A stretch of DNA of 64,000 nt from Verrucomicrobiota bacterium (GTDB lineage Bacteria > Verrucomicrobiota > Verrucomicrobiia > Limisphaerales > Palsa-1400). The notes beneath the pieces were generated by a model. It searched no databases, was not told the DNA's origin, and was given only the letters and a program-made list of their open reading frames with translations. Shown piece by piece: positions 1-7,995 of the stretch. Both the position numbers and the translations under genes were made by a program. Position 1 is the first letter of the stretch. Each line of letters begins with the position of its first letter. The DNA is taken from contig JBEKVM010000033.1 in NCBI GenBank assembly GCA_049513975.1, forward strand, positions 3,788 through 67,787. The letters run 5' to 3'.

Positions 1-589
<589 letters not shown>

Positions 590-770
590 AGCTTTTGCGT
601 GTTAATGTTTAGATTTCAGTTTTCGTTGCCGCATGGGCAATTTCACTGTCAACGACCCTTTAAAAATAGCAGACCTTCGCCCGAACACAAGGGCGGTGTT
701 TTCAGTCCGGCCCGGTCCGGCCGCCGCCGGGTATTGGGCATTACAAAAAAATCCGCATTTTTCCCTTGCA

Positions 771-802
771 CTGTTACCGGGTTAGTATTACCGTGGTAAC
801 TG
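771..802. promoter_or_regulatory. Imperfect 32-bp palindrome (CTGTTACC-N16-GGTAACTG) abutting the blaI-like start codon; candidate autoregulatory operator
   Basis: Read directly: ctgttaccgggttagtattaccgtggtaactg ends 2 nt before ATG 805. The outer 8-nt arms pair at 7 of 8 positions. BlaI/MecI/CopY repressors bind palindromes in their own promoters. Confidence 0.3.
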
Positions 803-804
803 TT

Positions 805-1191
805 ATGAGCAATCCAAGGATCCATCGCCTCGGCGATCTGCAGCTTAAAATTATGAAGGCGCTTTGGGACCGCCCCGAAGCCACCGTCTCCCAGGTCCAC
901 CAAACCGTCTCGCCCGACGGCGGCCTGGCCCACTCCACCATCGCCACCATGCTGCGCAAAATGGAGGCGCGCGGGCTGGTCAAACACCGCCTGCTGGACC
1001 GCAAGTTTCTCTACCGCGCCCAGGTGCAGGAGGAGGTGGTGGCGCGCAACATGTCCGAGCATTTCATCGAGGGCCTTTTCGAGGGCAGCCTCGCCGACAT
1101 GGTGGCCCACCTGCTCAAAACGCAGGACATCAGCCGGCAGGAGTTGGAGCGGCTGGAAAAACTTATCGCCGAACAAAAAAGGAAATTATGA
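805..1191 (+). CDS. BlaI/MecI/CopY-family winged-helix transcriptional repressor
   Basis: MSNPRIHRLGDLQLKIMKALWDRPEATVSQVHQTV...STIATMLRKMEARGLVKHRLLDRKFLYRAQV is the typical BlaI fold pattern. The internal ATG at 805 was chosen over the ORF-track start at 766. The stop overlaps the next gene start (ATGA at 1188). Confidence 0.85.
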   Translation: MSNPRIHRLGDLQLKIMKALWDRPEATVSQVHQTVSPDGGLAHSTIATMLRKMEARGLVKHRLLDRKFLYRAQVQEEVVARNMSEHFIEGLFEGSLADMVAHLLKTQDISRQELERLEKLIAEQKRKL

Positions 1192-4100
1192 TGACGCCCG
1201 ATTTGCAATTTTGGACGCGGCTCCTCGTCCACCTCGCGGTGGAGGCGGCTTGCGTGGTGGGGGTTGCATTGCTTCTGGACCGGCTGATCCGCGCGGCGTT
1301 TTGGCGGCGCGCCTTGTGGCAAAGCGCGGCCGTCTGTCTCTTGCTTTTGACCGCCTCCGAACTGAGCGGTTTTGGCCGCGGCCTGGCCTCTTTTCTCTTC
1401 GGCCACGCGCGCCCGGAACAAAAATTCGTGCTCCGGACCGGCCCCGTGGCAGCCGCGCCATCGCCATTGCCACCGCCACCGCCGCCGCGCTCCTTCTCGC
1501 CCGCTGCGGTCACCGTCCCATCGCCCGTGGTCAAACCTGAAATCGTCCGGCCTGTTTGGTGGCCCGGCCTGCTCTGGCTTGGGGGCGGTTTGGTCATTCT
1601 GGGCCGTGTGGCGGCGGCGCAGATTCTTTTCATTTCGCTTCGCCACCGCCGGCCCCAACTTGCCCACGGCGATTTGAACGACCGCGTCGCCGCCATCCTG
1701 CAACGACTGGCGGTGCGCCGAAAAATCGGCCTGCTCCAATCTCCCGGCCTGGCCGGCCCGATTGCCTTTGGCATTCTCCGGCCCAGCGTTGGTCTGCCGG
1801 TGGATTTCGCCGCCAAATTCAGCCGCGCCGAACAGGACGCCATGCTGGCGCATGAGCTGGCCCATTTGGCGTCGCACGATCCCCTCTGGTATCTGCTGGC
1901 GGACGTGAGCAGCGCGGCGTTGTGGTGGCATCCGCAAGCCTGGTGGGCGCGGCGGCGCCTCCATCGCGCCAGCGAACTGGCCGCGGACGAAGCCGCCCTG
2001 ATTTTCCCCGACGGCCCCGGTGCCCTGGCTGGATGCTTGGTGACCTTGGGCAAGCAAATGACCCAACTGCCCGGCGCCAGCAGGATGGGCGTCGAAGGCG
2101 GCGGTTTTCGTTCCAATCTGGCGGAGCGGGTGCAACGTCTGCTCCGCTTGGCGGACACGGCGCGGCAACCGTCCTATGGCTGGCGCGCTCAGGCCGCACG
2201 ATTTGGTGTCATCATCACTATTTCCGCCGCCGCCATTGGTCTGTCCGGCTGTCTGCAAAGCCGCGATGCCTTGAAGCAGCCGACTTTGCAGGCGAGCTTG
2301 AGTCAATCCTGGGACGCCTCGCCCGCCTCGACCGTCTGGCATTCCGCGCTTCCGGCTAAAAAACCAGAACCGCCGCCCGCGCCTATCCCGGCCGTTTTCC
2401 AGTCAGCCAAAGCTGATGACTCCGTGGCCGCAGAGACCGGCGGAATTTCCAACCCCCCCGCCACTAATTCCACTCCCAACCCAAGCGATGGCCGCCAAAC
2501 TATCGTTCGCAAACTACAGGACATCAAACTGGGCGCAGTGCCGGACGGTTTTGAACAAGGACTGCCTCTGAGTGAAGTGCTGAACATTTTGACCAAGCTC
2601 TCCAACTCAAAGGACGTTGACCAAATCGGCGTCAATTTCCTGTTCAATCCGCGCGCCGGCGGCAACACGGCAGGAGAGCTTATTGACCCGAGCACCATCA
2701 CCATAAGAATCACGCCGCCCCTCAAAAACGTGAACTTGTTGCAATTGTTGGACGCGATCCGCCAAATGGCCGATTCGCCCATTGACTTTTCGGTGGCCGA
2801 TTACGCCGTGTGGTTTTTCGTCAAACCCCCGGCGACCGCCGCGCTGGCAAGCAGGATTCAGCCCTTCACCATGCCCAGTCCTGGCACGACCCAGGGGTAC
2901 CAGGCTGTCATTGGCAGACTACAGAACCTCAGACTGAAGGAATTGCCGGACGGTTTTGAACAGGGCCTGCCGTTGAGTGAAGTGCTGAGAGCCTTGAACA
3001 AGTTCTCCATCTCCAATGACGTTGACCGCATCGGCGTCAATTTTTTGTTCAACCCGCGCGTCGGCGCCAACGCGGGAGGAGAGCTTATTGACCCCGGCAC
3101 CATCACCATAAAAATCACTCCGCCCCTCAAAAACGTAACCTTGTTGCAACTGTTGGACGCGATCCGCCAAGTGGCCGACCAGCCCATTGACTTTTCGGTG
3201 GCCGATTACGCCGTGTGGTTTTTCGTCAAACGGCCGGAGATGGCTGCGCAGCAAACGCGGATGTTTCATGTTGACCCCAAGGTTTTCGTAAGAGGAATGG
3301 AAGAAATGTCTCCGCAAATCCCCGCCGGTCAGGCCAATGCCGCAAGTGGCGGTCTTAACGGCGGCGGCGGGATTGGCGGAGGAATTGGAGGTATTGGAGG
3401 AGGTATTGGTACTGGGCCTGATACCAGCAGAACCAACTACACATTTAATGATAACTACCTGGTCACCCGATACTTCGGCAGCCAAGGCATTAACCTGACC
3501 AATAATGGCGCGTTCGCTTTTTTCAATCAACGTACCGGCGACATCCTGGTCCGGACCACGGCGCAGGATTTGGATAAACTGGAACGGGCCATAGAGTTGA
3601 TCAACAAGGTTCCGCCGCAAATCCAGATTGACATCAAATTCGCGTCGGTCCCACCGGGGGACACCAAAGGGCTTGGCTTTAGCCTTTATCTGGCAAACAC
3701 AACGATTACCAACGGAGCCAGTGCCACCGCCAGCACCGACCTGCCCGCCCTCACCGGTATCTTGACCGACCCGCAATTTCGCCTGGCCATCCAGACCATA
3801 GAACAACGGGACGGAGCGGATATCCTCTCCATGCCCAGAATAACCACCGAGAGCGGACGACAGGCGCATGTGGCCGTAACTGAGAGCCTGGATATTGTCA
3901 CCAACATCCCGTCAGGAAGAAATGCCGCCGCACCCGGCAACACCACCAACAAATTCGACGACGGCCCGGCCATAGACGTTATTCCCACCGTTTCAGGCAA
4001 TGGCTTTACCATCCAATTGGTCCTAAAGGCCTCCTTGCGGGAATTCCTCGGTTTCGATAAGGCAGCTCAATCCGCGCCCCAATCCAATGTGGTCCCCAGT

Positions 4101-4394
4101 CTGCAAACGGGTCTTCCCACCAACACCATGGGGCCAGTGCCCCGTTACCGCAGTTTTTCGGCGGCCACGACGATAAGTGTTTGGGATGGGCAGACCGTTG
4201 TCCTGGGGGGCCCCATGCAGGAAAGCGATGCCATCCAGAAGCGGTCCACGAACGCGCAGAGCCAGAACGTGATGGTCTTCATTACGGCGCGGATTATTGA
4301 TCCTGCCGGCAATCCGGTTCATACTGAAGAAGATATGCCGTTCGCCAAGAAGTCCGTCCCGCCGCAACCGCCGGCAACCGGCCAGCCAAAATAA
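1188..4394 (+). CDS. BlaR1-like M56 peptidase membrane sensor fused to two tandem STN-like periplasmic domains, a Gly-rich linker and a secretin-type C-terminal domain
   Basis: Starts MMTPDLQFWTRLLVHL, with TM helices and the HEXXH motif AHELAHLASHD. The C-terminal part (IQIDIKFASV...LTDPQFRLAIQTIEQRDGADILSMPRITTESGRQAHV...NVMVFITARII) looks like a GspD/PilQ secretin domain. It is translationally coupled to the blaI-like gene. The first 324 nt of ORF 864..4394 overlap blaI out of frame and were discarded. Confidence 0.75.
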   Translation: MMTPDLQFWTRLLVHLAVEAACVVGVALLLDRLIRAAFWRRALWQSAAVCLLLLTASELSGFGRGLASFLFGHARPEQKFVLRTGPVAAAPSPLPPPPPPRSFSPAAVTVPSPVVKPEIVRPVWWPGLLWLGGGLVILGRVAAAQILFISLRHRRPQLAHGDLNDRVAAILQRLAVRRKIGLLQSPGLAGPIAFGILRPSVGLPVDFAAKFSRAEQDAMLAHELAHLASHDPLWYLLADVSSAALWWHPQAWWARRRLHRASELAADEAALIFPDGPGALAGCLVTLGKQMTQLPGASRMGVEGGGFRSNLAERVQRLLRLADTARQPSYGWRAQAARFGVIITISAAAIGLSGCLQSRDALKQPTLQASLSQSWDASPASTVWHSALPAKKPEPPPAPIPAVFQSAKADDSVAAETGGISNPPATNSTPNPSDGRQTIVRKLQDIKLGAVPDGFEQGLPLSEVLNILTKLSNSKDVDQIGVNFLFNPRAGGNTAGELIDPSTITIRITPPLKNVNLLQLLDAIRQMADSPIDFSVADYAVWFFVKPPATAALASRIQPFTMPSPGTTQGYQAVIGRLQNLRLKELPDGFEQGLPLSEVLRALNKFSISNDVDRIGVNFLFNPRVGANAGGELIDPGTITIKITPPLKNVTLLQLLDAIRQVADQPIDFSVADYAVWFFVKRPEMAAQQTRMFHVDPKVFVRGMEEMSPQIPAGQANAASGGLNGGGGIGGGIGGIGGGIGTGPDTSRTNYTFNDNYLVTRYFGSQGINLTNNGAFAFFNQRTGDILVRTTAQDLDKLERAIELINKVPPQIQIDIKFASVPPGDTKGLGFSLYLANTTITNGASATASTDLPALTGILTDPQFRLAIQTIEQRDGADILSMPRITTESGRQAHVAVTESLDIVTNIPSGRNAAAPGNTTNKFDDGPAIDVIPTVSGNGFTIQLVLKASLREFLGFDKAAQSAPQSNVVPSLQTGLPTNTMGPVPRYRSFSAATTISVWDGQTVVLGGPMQESDAIQKRSTNAQSQNVMVFITARIIDPAGNPVHTEEDMPFAKKSVPPQPPATGQPK
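2490..3231 (+). repeat. Intragenic tandem duplication: two ~337-bp copies (2490..2826 and 2895..3231) encoding paralogous ~112-aa domains
   Basis: Copy 1 is GRQTIVRKLQDIKLGAVPDGFEQGLPLSEVLNILTKLSNSKDVDQIGVNFLFNPRAGGNTAGELIDPSTITIRITPPLKNVNLLQLLDAIRQMADSPIDFSVADYAVWFFVK. Copy 2 is GYQAVIGRLQNLRLKELPDGFEQGLPLSEVLRALNKFSISNDVDRIGVNFLFNPRVGANAGGELIDPGTITIKITPPLKNVTLLQLLDAIRQVADQPIDFSVADYAVWFFVK. Long identical DNA runs are visible. Confidence 0.9.
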
Positions 4395-4439
4395 AGCCTT
4401 GGCCTGATTAAATTGTCGTAGTGCCGGCGCTGCGCGCCG

Positions 4440-4625
4440 ATGGTCGAGCCACAGGCTCGACGCTACACCAGGTAATGCGACTGTCGTGGGTGGTAGGGCG
4501 GGCAGTCCTCTGCCCGCCGCACGACGGTAGTACGACGTTTGTTCCTCTGCCGATGCCCGACGGCGGGCATGCGCCTTCGCCAAGGCTATACGGCGCACGG
4601 GGCAGAGTGCCCGCCCTACATTTCC
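4440..4625. repeat. Cluster of REP-like GC-rich hairpin elements ending in CTACA (three copies, two in inverted orientation)
   Basis: 4444..4467 is tcgagcc-aca-ggctcga+cgctaca. 4493..4518 is gtagggcgggcagtcctctgcccgcc. 4599..4620 is ggggcagagtgcccgccctaca, the inverse of the previous copy. Related copies lie at 5278..5301, 24979..25010 and 58772..58797. Confidence 0.6.
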
Positions 4626-5030
4626 CGGCCCAACCGTCACTGACGCTTTATTAATTTCCGCATTTTCCCTTTGACAAAAGCGCGCTTAAAGCCTAATCTT
4701 TCCTACGTGAAAAGGACGGTCAATATGGAGTCGGTGAGCTTCAGTCCCGCGTTTGCATCGGGAACGATTCCATACATTACCAATTCACTGTACTTTATGG
4801 TTCCCGGCGCGTTTCCTGTCCTCCGTAGCTTTCAGCGAAGGAGGATGAGCCTTTTTACAGCTAATCAACTCAAGTGCCTGTCCATGAAGTGCTTGTGCCA
4901 AAAAATCAGCTTTTCCGGTCAAGCCCAGTCAAGCCCAATCAAGCCTAATCAAGGTGTTTTTTTGAACCACCCTGCCCCGCCAATCCGTCACTCCCATACT
5001 TTACCATTTCGCTTGGGTATTAGCAGAAGA

Positions 5031-5190
5031 GAACCACAGATGAACAGGTGATGAACACGGATTCAGTCGCACAGAAGAGCGGGTTTCTCCGGACGCTTTC
5101 CGGCCACAGGTCGGTGGTGCCAGCTTCGCACAGAAAAAAACCCATGACCGCCCTGCCCCATCCGTGTCTATCCGGGTCCATCCGTGGTTC
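5031..5190. repeat. MITE-like element: ~31-bp imperfect terminal inverted repeats flanking ~100 bp
   Basis: The left arm is gaaccacagatgaacaggtgatgaacacggat (5031..5062). The right arm is atccgtgtctatccgggtccatccgtggttc (5160..5190), and the two are largely reverse-complementary. No transposase gene is nearby. Confidence 0.45.
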
Positions 5191-5654
5191 CAATTGCATT
5201 GTTCCGGCTCAGTCTTTAGCCACTTCCCAGGCAAGGCTGCGCCGCCGCGGCCTCCAGGTCGGCGCCGCGAGCCGATTTCGAGCCGCAGGCTCGACACTAC
5301 AAAAAACCGTCAATTGGCGGAGGTGCGAGACAAAATTCTCCGTGGCGTTTGCATCTCCGGCGAGGAGGGTGAGGTTGGTTTATCGGTTCCTGGAAAACGG
5401 CGGGCGCGAGCGGGAAAGCGGCGCTGTCGCGCGCGCACTCCAAGACCTGGCGGAGGTTGGGCGGCGAGTCGTGCGCGCGAAGCGTCGTGGAGTGCGGAAC
5501 GCCAGTTCCGCTTTGGCCCAGACACAGGCGTTGTCGCCCAATTTGAAGCATTTTGTCTCTCACCCATTGGGCGGAAATCTGGCAATTTCAGATTGCGCAA
5601 CTGCGCCGTCTGGATAAACTGCCTGAACCCAAAAGCCATGAGGATTATCACTTT

Positions 5655-7022
5655 ATGAAGGATGCCATCAATCGCCGCTTGTTTTTGAAGCAGGCCGGGA
5701 CCGCCGGCCTGGGCCTCAGCGTGGCCGGTTATTTCGGCTCGTCGGCCGACACCCTGGCGCAGACCCCCGCCGCCATGAGACGCACCCTCGGGCCGAACGA
5801 TAAAATCACCGCCGCGGTCATCGGCACCAACGGCCGGGGCCTGGCCCATGTGGATTGTCTCCTCGCCCTGAAAGGGGTGGAAATCTCCCATATTTGCGAC
5901 GTGGACGACCGCGCGATCGCCAAGGGCCTGAGGGCCGCCGCCAAACTGCAGAAGACCGAGGCGAAAGGCACCAAGGATTTTAGGAAGCTGCTGGAAGACA
6001 AAACCATTGACGCCGTCACCATTGCCACGCCCGACCACTGGCACGCGCCCATGGCCATTCTGGCGTTGCAGGCCGGCAAACACGTCTATGTGGAAAAGCC
6101 GTGCAGCCACAACCCGCGCGAAGGGGAATTGCTGGTGGAAGCGGCGGCGAAAACCAAGTTTCTCTGCCAGATGGGCAGCCAGCGCCGCTCCTTTCCCAAC
6201 ACCCAGGCTGCCGTCCAGGCCATTCGCGACGGCATGATCGGCAAGGCCTACCTGGGCCGTTGCTGGTATGTCAACGACCGCAAATCCATCGGCCACGGCA
6301 AGCCCGCGCCGGTGCCGGAGTGGCTCGACTATGAATTGTGGCAGGGTCCCGCCTTGCGCCGTCCCTACATGAGCAACCTCATTCACTACAACTGGCACTG
6401 GTTTTGGAATTACGGCACGGGCGAGGCCCTCAACAACGGCACCCACGAAGTGGATGTCTGCCGCTGGGCCTTGGGCCTGGATTTTCCTTCCCGCGTCACC
6501 TCCAACGGCGGCCGTTACGCCTTTCAGGACGACTGGGAAACACCCGACACCCAGGTCATCAGTTGGGATTTCGCCGCGGGCAAAACCATGACGTGGGAAG
6601 GCCACAGTTGCAACAAGCAACCCATCGAAGGGCTGGAACGCGGGGTGGTCATCTACGGCACCGGCGGCTGGGCCTTGCTGGAGGGCGACAACTGCAAAAT
6701 AATGGACAACTCCCGCAAGCCGCTTCTCCAGCTTAATAGCGGCGTGGTGGCCGATCCCACCAACACCATCAGCGCCACCGGCGCCGACATGGACACCCTC
6801 CATTTCAAAAATTTTGTGGACGCCATCCGCCTGGGCACGCCGCTGACCGCCCCGGTCAGCGAAGGCCACAAGAGCGTGGCCATGCTGCAATTGGGCAACA
6901 TCGCCTGGCGCACCGGCCGCGCCCTCGACCTGGACAGCCGCAACGGCCACATCCAGAACGACGCCGAAGCCATGAAACTCTGGGGACGCGACTACGCGCC
7001 CGGTTGGGAACCCAAGGTTTGA
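5655..7022 (+). CDS. Gfo/Idh/MocA-family NAD(P)-dependent oxidoreductase with twin-arginine (Tat) signal
   Basis: MKDAINRRLFLKQAGTAGLGLSVAG is a Tat motif. Rossmann segment ITAAVIGTNGRG. The family-typical TPDHWHAPMAILALQAGKHVYVEKP is present. The internal ATG at 5655 was chosen. Confidence 0.85.
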   Translation: MKDAINRRLFLKQAGTAGLGLSVAGYFGSSADTLAQTPAAMRRTLGPNDKITAAVIGTNGRGLAHVDCLLALKGVEISHICDVDDRAIAKGLRAAAKLQKTEAKGTKDFRKLLEDKTIDAVTIATPDHWHAPMAILALQAGKHVYVEKPCSHNPREGELLVEAAAKTKFLCQMGSQRRSFPNTQAAVQAIRDGMIGKAYLGRCWYVNDRKSIGHGKPAPVPEWLDYELWQGPALRRPYMSNLIHYNWHWFWNYGTGEALNNGTHEVDVCRWALGLDFPSRVTSNGGRYAFQDDWETPDTQVISWDFAAGKTMTWEGHSCNKQPIEGLERGVVIYGTGGWALLEGDNCKIMDNSRKPLLQLNSGVVADPTNTISATGADMDTLHFKNFVDAIRLGTPLTAPVSEGHKSVAMLQLGNIAWRTGRALDLDSRNGHIQNDAEAMKLWGRDYAPGWEPKV

Positions 7023-7040
7023 CACCAATTCCCCCACCCT

Positions 7041-7088
7041 CTTAATCTTAATCCTAATCTTAATCCTAATCTTAATCTCATCCGATCC
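7041..7088 (+). repeat. Hexanucleotide array (CTTAAT/CCTAAT)n in intergenic DNA
   Basis: cttaatcttaatcctaatcttaatcctaatcttaatctcatccgatcc lies between the stop at 7022 and the start at 7123. The same family occurs at 15316..15400 and 33110..33160. Confidence 0.85.
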
Positions 7089-7122
7089 CAATGTTTGACA
7101 CCCATCAAACTCAAACCCCGCC

Positions 7123-7995
7123 ATGAAAACATTACGCCTTCTCGCCTGCCTTGCCCTGCTCGCCAGCCTCTCCCTGCTGCGCGCCGCCGACGCCACCTCG
7201 CCCACGGACGCCGAAAAACTGGGCTGGACCATGGCGATGCACTCCTACACTTTCCGCCTGTTCACCATCTTTGACGCCATAGACAAGACCGCCGCGCTGG
7301 GCATCAAACACATGAGCATTTCGGGTAGCGTCCTGCTGTCCGGCACCAACCCCGTCACCACGGTCAACGTGGCGGACAAGGACATGGAGGCGATCAAAGC
7401 GAAAATGCTTTCCGCCGGGATCAGTTGGCCCTTCGTCAACATTGGCGTGGTGCAACTGCCGCCCAATGAGGCGCAAAGCCGCAAGGTCTTTGAGTTTGCG
7501 CGCAAGTGGGAAATTCCCATCCTGGTGGCCGAGCCGAATCCCGATGCGCTGGATGTGGTGGAAAAGCTGTGCAAGGAATACAACATCAAAGTCGCCATCC
7601 ACGAGCATCGAAAACCCAATCAATACTGGGATCCCGCCTTCGTCCTGGCCGCCATCAAAGACCGCGGGCCGCTCATGGGCGCCTGCGCCGATGTGGGCCA
7701 TTGGGTTCGTTCCGGACTGGACCCGGTGGAATGCCTGAAGAAGCTCGACGGGCACATCCTGGCCGTTCATTTCAAGGACCTGGCGGAGAAGGACCCCAAC
7801 ACGCACGATGTCCCGTGGGGCACCGGCGTCTGCAATTCCAAGGGCCTGCTGGAAGAACTCAAGCGCCAGCAATTCCACGGCGCCATCTGCGTGGAATACG
7901 AATACCACTGGACAAACTCCAGCCCGGAGATCGCCCAGTCCCTGCAATTCTTCAACGCCACCTGCGCCCAACTGGCCGGGCCGCCGACCAAATGA
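7123..7995 (+). CDS. Secreted sugar-phosphate isomerase/epimerase (xylose-isomerase-like TIM barrel)
   Basis: Signal peptide MKTLRLLACLALLASLSLLRAADA. Family-typical segments are AIHEH, GACADVGHW, HFKD and CVEYEY. The stop overlaps the next start (ATGA 7992). Confidence 0.75.
   Translation: MKTLRLLACLALLASLSLLRAADATSPTDAEKLGWTMAMHSYTFRLFTIFDAIDKTAALGIKHMSISGSVLLSGTNPVTTVNVADKDMEAIKAKMLSAGISWPFVNIGVVQLPPNEAQSRKVFEFARKWEIPILVAEPNPDALDVVEKLCKEYNIKVAIHEHRKPNQYWDPAFVLAAIKDRGPLMGACADVGHWVRSGLDPVECLKKLDGHILAVHFKDLAEKDPNTHDVPWGTGVCNSKGLLEELKRQQFHGAICVEYEYHWTNSSPEIAQSLQFFNATCAQLAGPPTK

Noticed and set aside
864-1187. N-terminal 108 codons of ORF 864..4394, which would give a 1176-aa protein overlapping the blaI-like gene
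   Set aside because: This part is Arg/Pro/Gly-rich low-complexity sequence in an alternate frame of a well-supported BlaI gene. A clean ATG at 1188 (ATGA overlap) starts the hydrophobic BlaR1 N-terminus.
1011-2342. 443-aa and 331-aa minus-strand ORFs opposite the BlaR1-like gene
   Set aside because: These are Arg/Pro/Gly-rich antisense shadow ORFs with no recognisable motifs.
4671-5658. ORFs 4671..5051, 5048..5617 and 5164..5658 in the non-coding gap
   Set aside because: Their composition is not protein-like. They are built from REP/MITE repeats and overlap each other in different frames. No motifs are recognisable.
5310-7232. 640-aa minus-strand ORF
   Set aside because: It is antisense to the well-supported Gfo/Idh/MocA gene. 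Its Gly/Ala/Arg/Val-rich composition is typical of shadow ORFs in GC-rich DNA. It also runs through the hexamer repeat (IKIRIKIRIKIK).
7506-7991. 162-codon N-terminal extension of the second Gfo/Idh/MocA ORF
   Set aside because: It overlaps the TIM-barrel isomerase gene in another frame and is Arg/Pro/Gly-rich. The Tat signal begins at ATG 7992.
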